From: Azolla caroliniana
Lineage: Eukaryota; Plantae; Polypodiophyta
DNA length: 64,000 nucleotides
Reading direction: 5' to 3'
Assembly (NCBI GenBank): GCA_043228905.1
Contig: JBHGNT010000007.1
Location: 10,044,001-10,108,000, forward strand
Shown here: one piece after another, positions 58,617 to 64,000 of the stretch
Layout of the letters: each line of letters opens with the position of its first letter
Numbering within the stretch: position 1 is the first letter of the stretch
Program-made: the position numbers and the translations under genes
The notes under the pieces: model-generated
The model's database searches: none
The model's input: the letters and a program-made list of their open reading frames with translations, nothing else
What the model was told of the DNA's origin: nothing

Positions 58617-61332
58617 TGTTGAGATACAAGCTCAACATTGGCTGGATCGGTTGTGCAAGCCGAGAACCGGATCAGTTGGGGCCGATCGGTTAGGCCGGAC
58701 CGGTCCGTAAAACAAGTGTGTAAACCGTTACGCAAACCGGTGCGTAACGAGAAGCCGTAGCGGTGCGTAAATCGTGAGGCCGTTGGAAAGATATTCCGCA
58801 TAGGAATATATTTTGGGAGTTAGCGTAGAGCTTAGTTATGAGCATTGAAGTACGTGTCAGTACTTCTGTCAGTCCGTATGGACTTGTATAAAAGTGCTCA
58901 CTGAGCACATTGTATGTACAGATTGAGTATTATTTTTTAAATTAGTTTTTGTGTGTTCACTCTATCTCTCCCGCGTATTGTGTATATTCAAGCTCTCCAT
59001 TGAACCTGCCTATTTTCTGTGTTTGGTTTTCTATTGCTTCCGCACATAATCTTTTACATGGTATCAGAGCGCGAGGGTTGAGAACCTCTGCAGCCGACAT
59101 AGCTTGAAAAGAAAACTAACCAAGAAGAACAGGAAAAACAAAATGGATAGAGGCATGGCTAGCTCGCTTCCTACCGACAAGCTCGACAAAAACAACTACG
59201 CATCTCGGTCCTACAAGATGCGACACGGTTACTGGAGCTATGTCGACGGAGCAAATGACACAGCACCCGAATCGACACACAAAGATTTCCCGGCGTGGGA
59301 ACAATCGGCGAGCAAAGTACTGTACTGCTTCGCGTCTTGTGTGGGCGAACAGCTCCTAAGCTACATTCGGGATGCAAAAACGCCGAAAGATGCTTGGGGA
59401 AATCTGAAGAAGATTTTCGCCGCAAGCACTATAGTCAGAAAGCTTCAACTCCGACAGGAGTTGAGCAACCTACAACAACGCGATTTGTCGGTTCCTGATT
59501 ACACCTCGAAGATCAAAGATATATGCGACTCCTTAGCCTTCATCAATGTGAACGTCGAGGAAGGCGAGATGGTGCAGATCTATTTCGGGGGACTGGCGTC
59601 GAAGTTCGGAGCGTTCCGAACTGTTGTGTGTACACGGGAGAATACGTCGTCGTTTTTTGACTTACAATCGATGCTCCTTATAGAGGAGAACCACCCAGGT
59701 GCATCGACAAGCACGCATGCTGATAGCAAGATGTTGTACACGGAAGGAGATAGGCCCCGTGGTCATGGCGGACGAGGCGAGTCGATGCGCAATGGAGGCG
59801 GCCGACGGGATCAAGGAAGAGGGCACCGAACTGATGCTGACAGCAATTCCGGACCCTCCGAAAACAGGGGGAGTCGAGGCAACGAGAATCGGCAAGGGAA
59901 ATCTGTCGCGGAATGTTGGTATTGTGGCAAAAAAGGCCACAAAGAGAGTGAGTGCTGGAAAAAGCGCGCTGATTTGGAAAGGACCGGATCTGGATCAAGT
60001 TCCGGACAGACCAACAAAGTAAATCGGTAGCGATCGCACTACGCCGAAGGATGCGGAAAAGCCGGAAAAGGGTCAGCCTTCGTGACGAGACATGAAGCGA
60101 ACTCGATGAAGATGTCCACCCCGAAATCGGACGAGGTGTGGTACGTCGACTCCGGTGCGTTAAACCACATGACATGCCACAAGGAGTGGTTCTCATACCT
60201 TGAGAAACTGATGCAACCGGGAGTAGTCGCAACCGGAGACGACACTCCGCATCCGATCGCGAATGTTGGTGAAGTTCCCTTGAGCCATGTCGGGCAGAAA
60301 GGGAAACTTATGAATGTGTTGCACGTCCCCACAATCACGAAGAATCTGGTGTCGGTCGGGTAGATCGTCGACCAGGGGATGCAAGTCCGGTTCACGCATC
60401 TCGAGTGCTTCATCGAAGAAGAAGGTCGAGTTATTGCGCAAGGGCGTAGAGACAGGAGGATGTTTATCCTCGACTCTAGTGACGGTTGCACAACAATGTT
60501 CGCGAAAGGACAAAAAGTCGAGTCAGATATCGACTTATGGCACAAGCGGATAGGCCACGTCAACTATCAGTAGCTTCAAAACCTACAATCGAAACAAGTA
60601 GTGTTCGGATTGCCCAAATTTAGTGGCCAAAAGGCACAAATTTGTGAAGCCTGCCAGCTAGGGAAGCAACACCGACTTCCTTTCCCTAACGAGCGTAACC
60701 AGAGCCGAAACAAGCTCAACTTGGTACATTCCGATGTATGGGGGCCGGCATAGAACGTTAGTCTTGGCGGGAGTCAATATTTTGTCTCCTTCATCGACGA
60801 CTATATGTGGCACACGTGGATCTATCTCATCGAGAAGAAGAGTGAAGTCTTCGACTGTTTTTGGAACCTCAAAGGGTTCATGGAAACAGAAACAGGATGA
60901 AAGATCAAGTGCTTGCGGTCGGATGGCGGAAAAGAATACTTTTTCGGTCAATTCAACGGCTATCTGCAACAGATGGGAATTCAGCGCGAATTCAGTTGTA
61001 GATACACGCCGGAGCAAAACGGTGTGGCCGAGAGGAAGAACTGGTCAATTGTAGAAGCGGCACGGACAATGCTGGAGGAGAAGAGCTTGCCCAAGTTTTA
61101 TTGGGCCGAAGCGGTATGAACCGTAGTATACATTCAGAATTGGATCAGAGAAAAAGTGTCGGCGCATGAGTTGTATTTCGGAAGGAAGCCAAATCTACGA
61201 CACTTGAGAGTTTTTGGTAGCATTGCGTATGTGCATGTGCCAAAGGAGAAATGGAGGAAGTTGGACGTGAAAGCCAAGAAGTGTATCTTGGTCGGCTACT
61301 CGGACAAGCAGAAGGGTTATAAGTGTTATAAC
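58617..61332 (+). mobile_element. Copia element I (5' LTR 58617-59058, gag-PR-INT), interrupted by element J
   Basis: E-family LTR, PBS at 59059, CWYCGKKGHKESEC knuckle, integrase motifs; stops present. Confidence 0.92.
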
Positions 61333-64000
61333 TGTTGAGAGACAAGCTCAACATCGGCCGGATCGGCTGAAGAAGCCGAGGACTGGATCGGTTGGAATTG
61401 ATCGGTTAGGCCGAATGCGTAAACCGGTACGCAGACCAGTGCATAGGTAGGGCCGGATCGGTGCGTAAACCAGGAGGCCGTTAGGAAAGATATTCCGTGA
61501 GGAATATATTTTGGAGTTAGTGTAGGAGCTCTTAATGAGCATTCAAGTACTATCAGTACTTCGGTCAGTCCTTCTAGGACTCGTATAAAAGTGTTCATTG
61601 AACACACATATGTATAGAGTGTGGTGAATAGAGATCGAGTACCCTTTTTGAATATAGTTCTTGTTTTTTTCCTCTCTCTCTCTTACTCTCTCTGTCTCTC
61701 CCGCGTATACTACGTAAGGTCAAGCTCTCCATTAAACCTGAGTTTTCTTCCTTCTGTTCGGTCTTCATACTTGCTTCCGCACGTTACTTTTTACATGGTA
61801 TCAGAGCGTGAGGGTTGAGAACCTCTCTGCAGCCGACACAGCTTGACGAAGAAGAACAAGAAGAACGATGGATAGAGGCATGGCGAGCTCGCTTCCAACA
61901 GAGAACCTCGACAGAACCAACTACGCGTCTTGGTCCTACAAGATGCACCAATACCTGCTCGGGCACGGCTACTGGAGTTATGTCGAAGGAGCTAATCGAC
62001 ACACAGAGACTTCCCGTCGTGGGAGCAATCAGCGAGCAGGGTATTATACTAATTCGCGTCGTGTGTGGGCGGAGAGCTATTGAGCTATGTTCGGGATGCA
62101 AAGACGTTGAAGGGTGCGTGGGAAAATCTGAAGAAGAATTTCGCCGCGAGCACCACAACCAGGAAGCTTCAGCTCCGAAAGGAATTGAGCAACCTACGAC
62201 AACGCCACTTGTCAATGGCGGACTATACCTCGAAGATCAAGGATATCTGTGACTCCCTCGCCTCCATAGAGGTGAACATCGAGGAGAGCGAGATGGTCCA
62301 GATCTATCTCGGAGGTTTGGCGTCGAAGTTCGGAGCGTTCCGAACAGCTGTATGTACCCGGGAGAATACGCCATCCTTTTTCAACTTACAGTCGTTGCTC
62401 CTGGTAGAGGAGAACCACGCGGGTGCGTCAACGAGCACGCACACCGACAGCAAGATGTTGTACACGGAGGGAGAAAGGCCCCCTGGTCGTGGCAGATGAG
62501 GCGAGTCAGTACACAATGGAAACGGCCAACGAGATCAAGGATGAAGGCACCGAAGTGATGACGACAGCAACTCCAAACCCTCCAGAAACAGGGGGAATCG
62601 AAGCGATGAGAACCAGCAAGGGAAGGGCATCGCGGAGTGATGGTATTGTGGCAAGAAAGGCCACAGGGAAAGTGAGTGCTGGAAGAAGCACGCCGATTCG
62701 GAGAGAACCGGTTCCGGAAACGGCTCCGGACATACCGACAAGGGAAATCGGCAGCGATCGCACTACGCCGAAGACTCCGGGAGAGCTGGAGAAGGGTTTG
62801 CCTTCCTGACGAGACACGAAGCAAACACAATGAAATGGACCACCCCGAGATCGGACGAGGTGTGGTACGTAGACTCTAGCGCATCAAACCACATAGCGAG
62901 CCATAAGGAGTGGTTCTCGTACCTTGAAAAACCGATACAACCTGGAGTAGTCACAACTGGAGACGACACTCCGCATCCGATCGCGAATGTCGGAGAAGTT
63001 CCCCTTAGCCATGTCGGGCAGAAAGGGAAACTCATGAACGTGCTGCACGTTCCGACAATCACGAAGAACTTGGTCTCGGTCGGACAGATCGTCGACCATG
63101 GGATGGAGGTTCGGTTTACACACCTCGGGTGCTTCATTGAGGAAGAAGGCCATGTGATTGCGCAAGGGCGCAAAGACGGGAGGATGTTCATCCTCGATTC
63201 CACTGACGGCGGCACCGCAATGTTCGCGAAGGGACAAAAATCCGAGTCGGACATCGACTTGTGGCACAAGCGGATAGGCCACCTCAACTACCAGCGGCTT
63301 CAAGATCTGCAATCGAAACAGGTAGTGTTCCGATTGCCCAAATTTAGTGGCCGAAAGGCACAAATTTGTGAAGCCTGCCAGCTCGGGAAGCAACACCGAC
63401 TTCCTTTCCCCAACGAGCAAAACCGGAGCCGGAACAAGCTCGACCTTATACACTCCGATGTATGGGGGCCGACACAAAACGTTAGTCTTGGCGGGAGCCG
63501 ATATTTCGTCTCCTTAATCGACGACCACACACGGCCCACGTGGATCTACCTCATTCACAGGAAGAGCGAAGTGTACGACTGTTTCCAGAACCTCAAAGGG
63601 TTCGTGGAAACGGAAACGGGACGAAAGATCAAGTGCCTGCGGTCGGATGGCGGGAAAGAGTACTTTTCTGGTCAATTCAACGGTTATCTACAACAAATGG
63701 GAATTCGCCGCGAATTCAGTTGTAGATACACGCCAGAGCAGAACGGCGTGGCCGAGAGGAAGAATCGGTCAGTTGTGGAAGCGGCACGAGCAATGCTGGA
63801 GGAGAAGAGCTTGCCCAAGTTCTACTGGGTCGAGGCGGTAAGGACCGCGGTATACATCCAGAACCGAATCAGAGACAAAGTGTCGGTGCACGAGCTATAT
63901 TTCGGAACGAAGCCGAACTCGCGACACTTGAGAGTGTTCGGTAGCATTGCGTATATGCATGTACCGAAGGAGAAAAGGAGGAAGCTGGACGCAAAGGCCG
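61333..64000 (+). mobile_element. Copia element J (5' LTR 61333-61795), runs off the window
   Basis: E-family LTR inserted in the integrase of element I; PBS at 61796; gag/PR/INT fragments. Confidence 0.92.

Overview
Eukaryotic, repeat-saturated region with no recognisable host gene. The retroelement families resemble those of seed-free land plants, probably a bryophyte or fern (inference). It is a deeply nested TE cluster that can be reconstructed from LTRs, TSDs and restored reading frames. An old Copia (27338-58450) hosts a Tcn1-like chromodomain Gypsy (29875-57025). The 5' LTR of that Gypsy contains a full-length APE-RT LINE (30458-45635). The LINE in turn contains a Copia (31107-36334) and a 6.6-kb TIR DNA transposon (36656-43303). 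To the left are a non-chromoviral Gypsy (12126-26574) carrying a young, intact Copia (17534-22866), plus further Copia, LINE and solo-LTR relics. The standout feature is the DNA transposon (36-bp TIRs, 4-bp TTAG TSD). Divergent from its transposase it carries a spliceosomal-intron-containing, now pseudogenised gene for a ParB/Srx-like domain fused to a prokaryote-type beta-class N6-adenine/N4-cytosine DNA methyltransferase (motif IV DIPY, then QKP, then motif I DLFSGTG|TT). An internal ~125-bp palindrome lies between the two genes. Secondary oddities are tRNA-like (Pol III A/B-box) cassettes inside two LTR families, a Tf1-type self-priming PBS, and a microsatellite-associated LINE with complementary 5' and 3' ends. 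All calls were made by eye; no searches were run.
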